From an uncultured delta proteobacterium (lineage in GTDB: Bacteria; Desulfobacterota; Desulfobacteria; Desulfobacterales; Desulfosalsimonadaceae), in the NCBI GenBank assembly GCA_963826785.1, contig CAWGYD010000001.1:768001-832000 (forward strand): a DNA stretch of 64,000 bases. The letters run 5' to 3'. The position numbers and the translations under genes are program-made. The notes beneath the pieces were generated by a model that was not told the origin of the DNA, searched no databases, and saw only the letters and a program-made list of their open reading frames with translations. Positions within the stretch are counted from its first letter, which is position 1, and each line of letters begins with the position of its first letter. Of the stretch, positions 39,592 to 50,441 are shown in pieces.

Positions 39592-41025
39592 TCATCCGGA
39601 AGGCCGGATGTTCTGGTTGACGTGAAAGAAGTTGTCCGGGTCGTATTTATTCTTCAGTTCAACAAGCCGGGAATGGTTTTGCTGATAGCTGGCACGGATG
39701 CGCTCCTGGCCTTCCTCCATCATGAAATTCACGTATGCGCCCCCGGCATCGACCGCAAACGGGTGCAGCGCTTTCCAGTAGTCATCCGCCCATGCAATCA
39801 TACGCTCATTATTGGCCGGGTCCGGATCAACGGCGATAATGACCTCCGACCACACCACGTCACGATAGCTGAACGCAGTGTCCTGTTGTTCGATCCGATG
39901 TACGGCACCGTCAATCGGGTACAGGTGCATTCCGGACTGGAGTGTGGGCAGCTTCCGGGCATGCTCGACATGCTTCTTCACGGCTTCATCATTGATCTCT
40001 TTGACGAAATCTCCCTTCCAGTACCACTGATTGCCCGGAGGATAAATGCCGTCAAAGAGACTTTGCAAAACGGGATACGGCATCGGGCCGACCATGTCCA
40101 GCACCGGCGGACCGATTTTGCGTATCTCCTTGAAAATGTTTTCCGCCTCCGCAATCGACCCGGTATAGGACCAGGCCACACCGCAGACTTTCTGGTTGTG
40201 AAGACTTTCCGGAAAATGCGGTGATGGCGGAACGGTCATGAAAACGAAAAATCCGGAGAGCTCTTCGGGGGCAGCCGGCAGAAAATCCCGGTACCAGGAA
40301 AGGACTTGCCCGGCTTTGTCCATCGGCCAGAGCATGGGGCCGCCATAGACCGTCTGCACCGGATGCAGCCGGAACAGAAAAGACGTTACAATACCGAAAT
40401 TACCGCCGCCGCCCCGGATGCCCCAGAACAGATCCGGGTTTTCATCGACACTGGCGGTCACAAATTTTCCATCCGCCAGCACGACATCCACCGACAGCAG
40501 ATTGTCGATGGTCAGGCCGTACTTCCGGCTGAGATGGCCATGGCCGCCGCCAAGTGTCAGCCCCCCCACGCCGGTGGTGGAAACGACGCCGCTCACGGTG
40601 GCCAGGCCGAAGGGGTGGGTCGCATGATCCACATCTCCCCAGTTGGCCCCGGGCTGCACTCTCACTGTCCGGGATTTTGGATCGACATGGATGCCTTTCA
40701 TCGTGGAAAGGTCAATCACCAGCCCGTCATCGCAAAGGGCCAGGCCCGGCCCGTTGTGCCCCCCGCTTCGCACCGCAACCAGAAGGTTGTTTTTCCGGGC
40801 AAAAACAACGGACGCAATGACGTCGGCCTCGTCCCGGCAGCGGATGATCATCGCAGGCCGTTTATCGATCATGGCATTGTAGATCTGCCGCACTTCATCA
40901 TACTGCTCATCGTCAGGCAGGATGAGTTCCCCCCTCAGCTGATTCCGGAATGCGTCGATGCTTTCGGAAGGCAGATCCAGATATTGTTCTGATGAACTTT
41001 TGATTTGTATTTCAGGAATATACAT
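39592..41025 (-). CDS. FAD-linked oxidoreductase (berberine bridge enzyme/VAO family)
   Basis: VRSGGHN, GLTLGGG, RGGGGNFGIVT, YVNF, KNKYDPDNFF. Confidence 0.93.
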   Translation of the reverse strand: MYIPEIQIKSSSEQYLDLPSESIDAFRNQLRGELILPDDEQYDEVRQIYNAMIDKRPAMIIRCRDEADVIASVVFARKNNLLVAVRSGGHNGPGLALCDDGLVIDLSTMKGIHVDPKSRTVRVQPGANWGDVDHATHPFGLATVSGVVSTTGVGGLTLGGGHGHLSRKYGLTIDNLLSVDVVLADGKFVTASVDENPDLFWGIRGGGGNFGIVTSFLFRLHPVQTVYGGPMLWPMDKAGQVLSWYRDFLPAAPEELSGFFVFMTVPPSPHFPESLHNQKVCGVAWSYTGSIAEAENIFKEIRKIGPPVLDMVGPMPYPVLQSLFDGIYPPGNQWYWKGDFVKEINDEAVKKHVEHARKLPTLQSGMHLYPIDGAVHRIEQQDTAFSYRDVVWSEVIIAVDPDPANNERMIAWADDYWKALHPFAVDAGGAYVNFMMEEGQERIRASYQQNHSRLVELKNKYDPDNFFHVNQNIRPSG

Positions 41026-41623
41026 AATGTCACCTCCTTGAAGGTCTAAACGTCTGTTGTTTCGAAGGACTTCAAAATCCTGTTCAACATTCGTTTCTGC
41101 CGGACCGGGCTTACGGCTTTACCTTCAAAAGGCGAAATTCATATTTTCCAAATCTGTGTCCGGTAATCTGAACTTTGACATTTTACATCCAGCAGGCCCT
41201 CCTGTCAGGATTAACACAAAGTCCTTCTCGATGTCGCCAGTATCCGAAATATTCTAAAAATCACAGCTTCAACTTGCGGCATCGATTCGTCTGACTTTAG
41301 CGTAATGTTGATCAGGAACATGTCAACCCGCTTTTTGAACCGTTGGTATAAACCTCACATGTTGAGTCTTCGGATCATCCTTAGCGTTATACATGGGCGC
41401 ATTCTTTTCGTACAATTCTATGAGATGCTAAAAGGAATTTCAGGCGCTGATCGATTGCAAGCGGCTATTTTTATTGAACACGCATATGAAAAAATACTTA
41501 AAATTTTAGGAACTATTTACTGGCGTTATTATATGAAATAATGGTAAATCACGGACAATGGTGCCAATGAGTAGGATAAATCGGTATTTTTATATTTGAA
41601 CCATTTCATATGTGGAGGTTCGC

Positions 41624-43045
41624 ATGCATCCCACTGAAAAAGCAAACAAGCTTATCATCACACGCCGAAAGTTCTTAAAAGGTGCAAGCGCCTTAGCAGC
41701 AGCACCACTTTTGGCCGGTTTTAATAAAGAAGCGCTGGCGCAACCATCCCAAATGAATTCAAACAAATCCCCTGCAGGAAATTGCAGAACAAGGCTGATA
41801 CTTTTAGGAACTTCGGGAGGCGTATCATGGTGGCCGGGAACAAGCCGCACAAGTTCCTCATCGGCCCTGGTCGTTGGAGATGCCATTTATCTTATTGACC
41901 TGGGTCAAAACTCCACCTACCGGCTCTCGCAAGCCTTTAATTCGGGCTCTTTTGTGAATTCAAATACCATAGAAGATCCCGACAACTTCACCTTTCCTGG
42001 CGGAAAAGTTGAAGACGGCTCTCCAAACTTCCTTAATAAGATAAAAGCCCTCTTCTTTACGCATCTCCATCCGGATCATATTTCGGATTATCCCGCTTTT
42101 CTGCTTATTGGCAGTGGGGCAAGCCTTGGCAATCCTCAAAGAGACCCCGTTACAAAAGAGATGCTTTACAATCCACTGCAGGTTTTCGGCCCCTGCAGCC
42201 GGGGAGAACTGGAGGAAGATAAATCCAATTACCTTGGAGCTCCAACCAATGGAACTATCGTTCAGACTGATATGGCTGATCTGAATTCCATTGCGTATCC
42301 TGGTGTTGTAACCCCCACGCCCGGCACCCGGCAAATGACAAAAATTATCTGGCAGGCCTTTGCCCAATCAATTAATGATATGGCGTTGGACAACGGCTAT
42401 CCTGATTTTACAAAACTCATAAAAGTCAAAGAGATTGGAGGCACTGATTCCGATGCCGGAGACATTCCATGGCCCGCGGGTTTCTCCCCGGACCCAAACA
42501 CGAACACCTGTCCGGCGATTGATAAGTTTCTGATTTACCCTGAAGATGAAAACGGCGTCAGTGTCTGGGCTACGCTTGTTGACCATCATCAGGTATTTCC
42601 GGCGTTTGCATTTCGATTCGATACGCCTGATGGATCAGTGGTATTCTCGGGTGACACCGGTCACAACACTACGGGCATAACCAATCCCACCAATCAACAA
42701 CTTGCAGATGGCAATATACAGAAATTGGCCGACGGTGCAGACATTTTAGTACATGAAGTTATTGACCGGGCCTGGATCGATCAGAAGTTTGGACCCGCAC
42801 CGACAGGCAATCTGGCAGCACTGAAAACGCATATGTTAGGGTCGCACACGACGATTGATGAAGTGGGGACGGTTGCAGCAAATTGTAATGTAAAGACCTT
42901 GGTTCTAAATCATATCGTACCCGGTAATACACCGATTTCACATCTTCTGCAGGCAAAACAGAACTTCCCGGGAAAGCTAATAATCGGGGAGGACCTTATG
43001 CAGATTGGAATGGGTAAGGAAAGAAGAAGGATATCAGAAAAATAA
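41624..43045 (+). CDS. Tat-exported metallo-beta-lactamase-fold hydrolase (RNase Z/arylsulfatase-like)
   Basis: TRRKFLKG; LLGTSGG, THLHPDH, VFSGDTG, LVHE, LNHIVP. Confidence 0.85.
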   Translation: MHPTEKANKLIITRRKFLKGASALAAAPLLAGFNKEALAQPSQMNSNKSPAGNCRTRLILLGTSGGVSWWPGTSRTSSSSALVVGDAIYLIDLGQNSTYRLSQAFNSGSFVNSNTIEDPDNFTFPGGKVEDGSPNFLNKIKALFFTHLHPDHISDYPAFLLIGSGASLGNPQRDPVTKEMLYNPLQVFGPCSRGELEEDKSNYLGAPTNGTIVQTDMADLNSIAYPGVVTPTPGTRQMTKIIWQAFAQSINDMALDNGYPDFTKLIKVKEIGGTDSDAGDIPWPAGFSPDPNTNTCPAIDKFLIYPEDENGVSVWATLVDHHQVFPAFAFRFDTPDGSVVFSGDTGHNTTGITNPTNQQLADGNIQKLADGADILVHEVIDRAWIDQKFGPAPTGNLAALKTHMLGSHTTIDEVGTVAANCNVKTLVLNHIVPGNTPISHLLQAKQNFPGKLIIGEDLMQIGMGKERRRISEK

Positions 43046-43099
43046 GGCCTATTCAGTTGTCAGGCAAAAGCTGAATTACGGCTGAGCCATTGCCGGAAT

Positions 43100-43707
43100 A
43101 TGCATACAAGTCTAGTGCTGAAGCGTTATGAAGATAAGCCGGTCGAACCGCCGGTGCCAAACAGATTGTTAATGCCATACCATGAGGATGTGGTGCTGGA
43201 ACAGGAAGGAAAGCGGATTCTTCGGATTGGCAGCGCCCACGGCCACTTGCCCTTGAACGCCAGGGAGGGAAAAAGCTTTGACGGAAGCGAGCTTCTCCTC
43301 TGGCGGAAAGTCCAGCTGCGCAGTGAAGTGACGGGGAATCTGAACCGGAGCAGGGGGGCGGCCGGCCTTCAAAGCGGCGAAGCCGACCCGGTCATGATCC
43401 TCGGATTCGAGGTCCCCCGGGAGAGCAACATACTTGCTGCCGCAAAAAAAAGCATTTTTTTGACGCTGGTCACGGCACTCCTGTTCATATCCGTCAGTCT
43501 CATTACCTGGATCACGGTGATCCGGAGCCGTCTGCTGGCCGGGCAGCTCGAGGCTGAGCGGGCCCGCCGCGCCCACCTGGAAGAGTTGGGACTGGCCGCG
43601 GCCGGTCTGGCCCATGAAACCAAAAATCCCCTTGGCATCATCCTGGGACTGGCCCAGCAGATCTCCGCAAACCCAGGTGAGCCGGTGCAGAGCCGGAGGA
43701 TGCGTCG
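43100..43707 (+). pseudogene. sensor histidine kinase fragment (TM + HisKA, no HATPase)
   Basis: ELGLAAAGLAHETKNPLG H-box, then stops within ~25 codons. Confidence 0.8.
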
Positions 43708-44304
43708 CTCTTAAGGGCCATCGAGACCGGCCGCATCAGGCCCGTGGGCGGCGACAGGGAAGTCGAGGTGGATTACCGGCTTTTATCGGCGACCAACCGG
43801 ATCCTGATGCAGGAGATCGAAAACGGCCGATTCCGCCAGGATCTCTATTACCGGTTGAATGTCATTTCCATCGAAATCCCTCCCCTTCGCCAACGGCCGG
43901 AGGACATCCTTCCGCTGGCGCGGCATTTTCTGCTTCAAGGGCAAACCGAAGCCCGGCGGCTTTCCCAGGCGGCGGCCAGAACGCTGACGGCCTATCCCTG
44001 GCCCGGAAACGTCCGTGAACTCATCAATGCCCTGGAACACGCCCGATTTCTCTCCCAGTCCGATGTCATCCTCCCCGAGCACCTTCCGCCCGCTGTTCGC
44101 AGTGCTGCGGCACATGGAAACACGGCGCATTCGGATAGTGGAGCAGACATGCCGGCGGAGGTCAAAACCCTGGGCGAAACTGAAATGGAAACCATACGGC
44201 ACGCCCTGGAGCAGACTGCGGGCAACCGAACCCGGGCCGCCAAACTGCTGGGCATTACCCGGCGCGGGCTTATCTACAAGCTGAAGCGGCTGGGAATCAA
44301 ATAG
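43708..44304 (+). pseudogene. C-terminal fragment of a sigma54 response regulator
   Basis: LLRAIETGRIRPVG, SATNR, FRQDLYYRLNV, WPGNVREL, HTH; lacks receiver, Walker A and GAFTGA. Confidence 0.82.
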
Positions 44305-44476
44305 AGCCCTCGGATTCTTTCACCGGCCCGGCGCAGTTTTCCCATGCAAAAATTTCACACCGGCCTCCCGGTGAGAAATTCTTTCCCACCCCATTTTTGC
44401 ATTCAAGATGATCCCCATGCGGCAGAAAGGAGGCGACCGGTAAAACCTTTCCGGCAATTCGCCTCTTTCCTGTGAC

Positions 44477-44492
44477 TGGCACATTTGTTGCT
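44477..44492 (+). promoter_or_regulatory. sigma54 promoter
   Basis: TGGCAC-ATTTG-TTGCT consensus match downstream of regulator fragment. Confidence 0.8.
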
Positions 44493-44719
44493 CCATTTAA
44501 GCCACTGATCGCGGCAAAAAGATCGTGTTAAACGAGATGGAGTGCATAATGACCCGGACATTGTCGATGGCCGCAGCGCCTGGTCGCGGGTGCAGCAGGC
44601 CGACGCCATTTACGCGCCAGGCGGCTGCAGTGCTGAAACCGGCCCTGTTCTGCACGGCCAGCGCCGAAAAGAACCGGCTGCAAACAAAGGAATCGAGCGC
44701 TGAAGCCGGGCGATCGAAC

Positions 44720-44884
44720 ACCGAAACCTTAGCTGCCGGATTGGGGGCATCTTATGAAATCGACCTGTGGGGCCGCCTCAATGCATTGCGCCACTCCGAG
44801 GTCTCAAGTTTTCAGGCGGCCCGGGAAGACCTGGCTTTTGCCGCAGTCACCGTTTCGGCGGAAGTCGCCTTCATTTGGATTTAA
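44720..44884 (+). pseudogene. NodT/OprM-type outer membrane efflux protein fragment
   Basis: GLGASYEIDLWGRL..AAREDL..VSAEVA motif, then premature stop. Confidence 0.72.
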
Positions 44885-44908
44885 ACTGAACACATGATAG
44901 GAGGTTAA

Positions 44909-45199
44909 ATGATGAATTGCCCGATATGCAACATTTCGTTGGTCATGAGTGAAAGACAGGGGATTGAAATTGATTATTGTCCGCAATGCCGGGGGATCTG
45001 GCTGGACCGGGGTGAACTGGACAAAATTATCCAGCGATCGGCCCCGGAGATGGTCCGTGATTCCGGCGGGGAAATTGAGAGTTTGCATCCCGGTAAACTC
45101 CACGACCATGATCACGATCATAACCGCGGTCATGGTAAAAAGCATGGCAAAGGTTACTATAAGAAAAAAAACCTCCTTGCCGATCTGTTTGATTTCTAA
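44909..45199 (+). CDS. zf-TFIIB-type Zn-ribbon protein with His-rich insert
   Basis: CPIC..EIDYCPQCRGIWLDRGELDKII..LFDF; GGAGG RBS. Confidence 0.88.
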   Translation: MMNCPICNISLVMSERQGIEIDYCPQCRGIWLDRGELDKIIQRSAPEMVRDSGGEIESLHPGKLHDHDHDHNRGHGKKHGKGYYKKKNLLADLFDF

Positions 45200-45226
45200 T
45201 GTTAAGCTGCAGAATCCGCGCCGATC

Positions 45227-46720
45227 ATGAATATCCAAAAATACAGATTAAACCGGTATATCATCACGGAATATGAAGGCAATGTCTTTACCTGGGAGAC
45301 GCACATCGCGCTGGGGTCTCAACTCTCGGGGAATTGTTTCATCATAGGGGATATCCTGGTGTTAGGGCCGCGCGAACATGAGGATTCCGGGTTTCTGATT
45401 CTGGAATTTCATGAACATCTTCGTAAATTGAGGGCTTGGGACCAGACACGGTATTACTGCCCGAGTTCAAGTTTGCAAGATATCGAATCCGGACAGAACC
45501 TTTGCCGGCATTTTAATCCTCAGCGCCTTAAAACCGCAGACAATGTTCAGTCGCCGGGTGTATTTCGCCTGGGAAAATATAAGATTGAAGTTGGGCAAAA
45601 TGGGAATATATCATGGCATGCCTATGAAGGCGTAAACCAGATCATCAGCGGAAAGTGCATGATTGAATCCGGCATCCTGTTCATTGGAAACAGGGAATCC
45701 GAGCGCTGCGACAGCCGGAAGAAGAAGGAATGGTTCAAGGCACTGAGTGCTTTTCCAAAATGGGACAAAACTTTTGCCTGGGGGCATTCGAGGGTTTTGC
45801 AGGATTGCCGGCATAAGGAAATTAAAAGGCGGTCCATCTGGGATTATGCGGACGGTAAAGACAGGATAAAAAGTAAAGATCAACTTTCAAGCCGGGAAAA
45901 GGATCATCCAGATCAGCAGATTGATCCATTACCGGATCTTGGAAGTATTTGGCGCCGCTTCCGGGACTGGGAGGGATGGCGAAATTGGGTGCTGCCTTTC
46001 CTCATCAAAAGTCTGTCGGCTTTCCTTTTCGTCCTCTGGTTCGTAATTGAAAAATCATTGAAATTGTTTGGCAAAATGATGAGGTGGAAAATGAATAAAT
46101 CCTTAAAGATATTATTGCTGTCATTTGCGCTTATGACCCCCACCGGATCGATGAATATGGCTGTGGCAGATGACCATGGAACAGACAGGCACAGCCATGA
46201 AATGGATTTCGAACATGATGATGAGCATAACAAAGGGGAAGAGGGCCATCAGGAAAGGCATAAACACCACGGAGATGGGGATGATGAGGAGAAGGGAGAA
46301 GACAAGCTGAAAGCCGTCGATAATCCGGTCTATAAAGAAAATTGCGGCGCATGCCACCTCGCATATCAGCCGGAACTCCTGCCTTCGGCTTCCTGGATGG
46401 AAATCATGAGCAGCCTCGATGGCCATTTCGGGGAGACGGTTGAACTCGGGGACGATTCCAAAAAAATCATTTCAGAATATCTCAAGGCCAACAGCGCTGA
46501 AAACAGCTCCGCCGAAGAAGCGGCTAAAATCATGCGCAGCCTGGGCGGCCGGACGCCCATGAGAATCACAGATATCCCCTATATTCAAGAAAAGCATCAC
46601 GATATTTCCCAAAGTCGCATAAGCAACCAGGCCGTTGGTTCGCTCTCAAATTGTTCAGCATGCCATCAAACTGCTGAAAATGGAAATTATGATGATGATA
46701 ATGTTACAGTCCCCAGATAA
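45227..46720 (+). CDS. unknown tandem-repeat domain in frame with a dihaem cytochrome c (probable own start at 46091)
   Basis: YKENCGACHLAYQPELLP..SNCSACH DHC motifs; GAGG-ATG and signal-like peptide at 46091. Confidence 0.75.
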   Translation: MNIQKYRLNRYIITEYEGNVFTWETHIALGSQLSGNCFIIGDILVLGPREHEDSGFLILEFHEHLRKLRAWDQTRYYCPSSSLQDIESGQNLCRHFNPQRLKTADNVQSPGVFRLGKYKIEVGQNGNISWHAYEGVNQIISGKCMIESGILFIGNRESERCDSRKKKEWFKALSAFPKWDKTFAWGHSRVLQDCRHKEIKRRSIWDYADGKDRIKSKDQLSSREKDHPDQQIDPLPDLGSIWRRFRDWEGWRNWVLPFLIKSLSAFLFVLWFVIEKSLKLFGKMMRWKMNKSLKILLLSFALMTPTGSMNMAVADDHGTDRHSHEMDFEHDDEHNKGEEGHQERHKHHGDGDDEEKGEDKLKAVDNPVYKENCGACHLAYQPELLPSASWMEIMSSLDGHFGETVELGDDSKKIISEYLKANSAENSSAEEAAKIMRSLGGRTPMRITDIPYIQEKHHDISQSRISNQAVGSLSNCSACHQTAENGNYDDDNVTVPR

Positions 46721-46851
46721 TCTTATGCGCCCATTTTGATATTGTTTGCCCGAAACATAGCATTTTCGCCTTAATCATTTACCAATATTGGCTCAGGATT
46801 TAGATGAGCAGTAAAATATTTGGAGAACCCATGCGATAGCCGAATAACAGC

Positions 46852-49470
46852 ATGGGCAGGGAATCCGTAAATATGAAAAAAACAGACCGCTCCACCCTCG
46901 ATCTGAACGGTATGAAGGGGCTGAGCGAGCAAAGCGCGCGCAAGCGGCTGGAAGCGGAAGGACCGAATGAACTTCCGGCTCAGAAAAAACGGAGCCTGTT
47001 GGCCATCGGCCTTGAGGTCGTCCGTGAGCCCATGTTCATCATGCTGGTGGCGGCCGGAAGTATTTATCTCTTCATGGGCGAGCCGGCGGATGCCCTGATG
47101 CTGCTTGGATTTGTGGTCATCGTCATCGCCATTACCATCGTCCAGGAGCGGCGCACGGAGCGGGCACTGGATGCGCTGCGGGATCTATCCAGTCCCCGGG
47201 CGCTTGTCATCCGGGACGGACAGCAGCAGCGAATTGCCGGGCGCGAGGTGGTCAGGGGCGATTTCGTGGTGCTGTCCGAGGGAGACCGCGTCCCCGCCGA
47301 TGGCCTCCTGCGGCGGGGGATCAACCTTTCAGCCGACGAGTCCCTGCTGACCGGAGAGTCCGTGCCGGTCAGAAAGCTGCCCTCCATTAAAAGCGGGGAA
47401 CTCGAAAAGCCCGGAGGAGACGATCTTCCCTCGATGTTTTCCGGAACATTGGTCACCGCCGGGCAGGGTATCATTGAAATCCTGGCCACGGGGCCACGCT
47501 CGGAACTGGGCAAAATCGGCAAGGCGATAGAGAAAGTCAACCCGGAACGAACCCTTTTGCAGAAAGAGACAGGCCGCCTGGTCCGCACTTTTACCATCGT
47601 CGGGCTCACGGCTTGTGCGCTGGTGGTGGTGGCCTTTGCGATGACCCGCGGCGGTGGTCTTGGGATGTGGAAAGAGGGCCTGCTTGCCGGAATTGCCATG
47701 GCCATGGCGACGCTCCCGGAGGAATTTCCTGTTGTGCTCACGGTTTTTCTGGCCATGGGGGCGTGGCGGATTTCGCGCCGCAACGTGTTGACGCGGCGGA
47801 TGCCGGCCATTGAAATGCTGGGGGCGGCGACAGTCCTTTGCGTCGACAAGACCGGGACGCTCACCCAAAACCAAATGGGATTGCGCAGGCTTGCCGTGTC
47901 CGGAGATGCCATCGATCTTGCTGCAGATGGGTTGCCGGAAAAAATGCACAATCTTCTGGAATATGCCATTCTGGCGAGTAAACGCGACCCTTTCGACCCG
48001 ATGGAGCGGGCACTGCAGGAGACCGGTGATCGTTTGATCAAGGGTACCGAGCACCTGCATCCGGGCTGGTCACTTATACGCGAGTATCCATTAACCCCCG
48101 GCCTGCTTGCGGTAAGCCATGCCTGGCGGACCGGGAACGGGGAGGACGTCATGATTGCAGCCAAAGGTGCGCCCGAGGCCATAATGGATCTCTGCCACCT
48201 GACACCCTCTCAGCGCGAGTCCATGTCCCATGACGTGGCCGACCTCGCGTCCCGGGGACTCCGGGTACTGGGCGTCGCCCGGGGAGAAACCGCCCTGGGG
48301 GATCTTCCGGAGGCGCATCACGACCTTAGCCTTGATCTCGTCGGTTTTTTGGGTTTTGAGGACCCGCTGCGGCCGGATGTGCCTGCCGCTGTCGCTGAGT
48401 GCCGGGCCGCTGGCGTGCGTGTGGTGATGGTCACGGGTGATTACCCCCGGACAGCCCAGAGCATTGCCCGGCAGGCAGGCCTTGCACAATGCGGCAATGT
48501 GATTTCCGGGCCTGAACTTGACCGGATGTCTGACCAGGATCTTTCCGACAGAATCAAGGATGTGCAGATATTCGCCCGTGTCGTCCCCGAGCAGAAGCTG
48601 CGCATCGTCAGTGCGCTGAAGGCAAACGGAGAGGTGGTGGCCATGACCGGGGATGGCGTTAATGACGCCCCCGCCCTCAAGGCAGCGCATATCGGCATTG
48701 CCATGGGCGGCCGGGGAACGGATGTGGCCCGCGAGGCGGCCTCGCTGGTCCTGCTCGACGATGATTTTTCCTCCATTGTGGCCGCTATTCGGCTTGGCCG
48801 GCGTATTTTCGACAATATCAAGAAGGCCGTCGCGTTTATTCTGGCGGTGCATGTGCCCATTGCCGGCCTGTCCATGATCCCGGTCTTTTTTGCCGACTGG
48901 CCGTTGCTCCTTTTGCCGGTCCACATCGTTTTTCTGGAACTGATCATCGACCCCTCGTGCTCTCTTATTTTTGAGGCCGAGCATGCCGAAGCCGATGTGA
49001 TGAACCGGCCGCCCAGGAAACCGGATGAGCGGCTCTTCTCCATGCAGACCATCGGTATTGCCGTGATGCAGGGCCTGAGCACACTTGCGGTCTGTCTGGG
49101 TGTTTTCATGCTCGCCCGCAGCAGCCATTCAGCCGGGGCCGCCCGGGCCCTGACTTTTGTGACCCTGGTGATGGCCTTTCTAATGATTATTCTGGTCAAC
49201 CGGTCCTGGACAAGATCCCTGTTCGAGATGCTGCGTACGCCCAATGCCGCCCTTCACTGGGTGGTATTGGGCACCAGCGTTTTCCTCGCTGTTGTCCTGT
49301 CAGTCCCTTTTGCCCGGCGAATTTTTCATTTCGCTCCCCTTCACCCGACGGATCTTATCATCAGTCTCGGGGCCGGCCTGCTCTGCGTTTTGTGGTTCGA
49401 GCTGGTCAAGTTCGCCAGAAAGCGCCGCAAACCGGCCCTGCATTATGACAACCGGAGTGCCGCTCAGTAG
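46852..49470 (+). CDS. cation-transporting P-type ATPase (type II)
   Basis: LTGES, PEEFP, DKTGT, TGDGVNDAPALK. Confidence 0.95.
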   Translation: MGRESVNMKKTDRSTLDLNGMKGLSEQSARKRLEAEGPNELPAQKKRSLLAIGLEVVREPMFIMLVAAGSIYLFMGEPADALMLLGFVVIVIAITIVQERRTERALDALRDLSSPRALVIRDGQQQRIAGREVVRGDFVVLSEGDRVPADGLLRRGINLSADESLLTGESVPVRKLPSIKSGELEKPGGDDLPSMFSGTLVTAGQGIIEILATGPRSELGKIGKAIEKVNPERTLLQKETGRLVRTFTIVGLTACALVVVAFAMTRGGGLGMWKEGLLAGIAMAMATLPEEFPVVLTVFLAMGAWRISRRNVLTRRMPAIEMLGAATVLCVDKTGTLTQNQMGLRRLAVSGDAIDLAADGLPEKMHNLLEYAILASKRDPFDPMERALQETGDRLIKGTEHLHPGWSLIREYPLTPGLLAVSHAWRTGNGEDVMIAAKGAPEAIMDLCHLTPSQRESMSHDVADLASRGLRVLGVARGETALGDLPEAHHDLSLDLVGFLGFEDPLRPDVPAAVAECRAAGVRVVMVTGDYPRTAQSIARQAGLAQCGNVISGPELDRMSDQDLSDRIKDVQIFARVVPEQKLRIVSALKANGEVVAMTGDGVNDAPALKAAHIGIAMGGRGTDVAREAASLVLLDDDFSSIVAAIRLGRRIFDNIKKAVAFILAVHVPIAGLSMIPVFFADWPLLLLPVHIVFLELIIDPSCSLIFEAEHAEADVMNRPPRKPDERLFSMQTIGIAVMQGLSTLAVCLGVFMLARSSHSAGAARALTFVTLVMAFLMIILVNRSWTRSLFEMLRTPNAALHWVVLGTSVFLAVVLSVPFARRIFHFAPLHPTDLIISLGAGLLCVLWFELVKFARKRRKPALHYDNRSAAQ

Positions 49471-49884
49471 ACCGCCGTCCTGTCCAAAAAACTTTCCGGT
49501 TCGTGGAGAAAGTCTATCGACTCCATACGCAGCCTCTTATTTTCTTTGCAATGATTCTGCTTGTGCTGGTGGGGCATCTGGTTGTGGATTAAAGCGGGAA
49601 GTGCGGCCCGGCTTCTGTGCATAAATCAGCATACTGAAAGGCCATGGCCGTTATGCCCGCGGTGGAAGAAAATAGCATGTACAAGACAATTACGGGGTAG
49701 GGATGAAGAAGGAAATACTTGCTTTCTGCATGACCTGGTCCCCGCCGGCAGTCGCTTTTTATTGTCACAGTGGTTTTCATATTCCAGAGGGCTAAAAGGG
49801 GTCTTGATTGCTATATCCGAACGAGGGCCTCCGGCACCCAGGTCGATTCTTTTAATCACAACTTCAACGGAATAAGAGGAAAAG

Positions 49885-50433
49885 ATGAAGCCATCTTTAA
49901 AAACCAATGATTCCAGAAAATTAACACTCAATAAGAAGCAGTACTACCGATTTCATGTCTCAAGTCTTCACCTCAGTTCGGCTTTCGGCAGTGATTGGTT
50001 TGGATTGAAGGCGGAAGCATTCGCCAGGTTTTTTGGGACGCCGACTTTTCTCATCTCCCAGACCGTGTTGGTGGGGATCTGGATCATCTCAAACGCGCTG
50101 GGCATTACCCATTTTGATGTTTACCCCTTCATTCTGCTCAATCTGGCATTCAGCCTGCAGGCGGCTTATGCGGCCCCCCTTATCCTTCTGGCGCAGACGC
50201 GGCAGGCAGATCGGGACAAGGCGCTCTCCGAGTCTGATGCCCAACATCGTGAAGCCCTGGCCCAAGCTGCCGAGCAGCGTCAGATCATTGCCGAACAGCA
50301 TTCAGCCCGCATTGTCGAGTTGGTCCAGCAGAATACCGATCTGACCGAAATGATCAAGAAAATGAGTCAGCATATCGAATCGCTGACAGTCGAGCTGCAC
50401 CGCACCGTCATTGCAGAAAGAAACGCTGATTAA
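49885..50433 (+). CDS. DUF1003 membrane protein
   Basis: FDVYPFILLNLAFSLQAAYAAPLILLAQTRQ. Confidence 0.88.
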   Translation: MKPSLKTNDSRKLTLNKKQYYRFHVSSLHLSSAFGSDWFGLKAEAFARFFGTPTFLISQTVLVGIWIISNALGITHFDVYPFILLNLAFSLQAAYAAPLILLAQTRQADRDKALSESDAQHREALAQAAEQRQIIAEQHSARIVELVQQNTDLTEMIKKMSQHIESLTVELHRTVIAERNAD

Positions 50434-50441
50434 TCTTTTCG

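Noticed and set aside
47064..49244. Long antisense ORFs opposite the P-type ATPase (similarly opposite pilB, hdrA, nuoF)
   Set aside because: Shadow ORFs of GC-rich coding strands; no motifs or RBS
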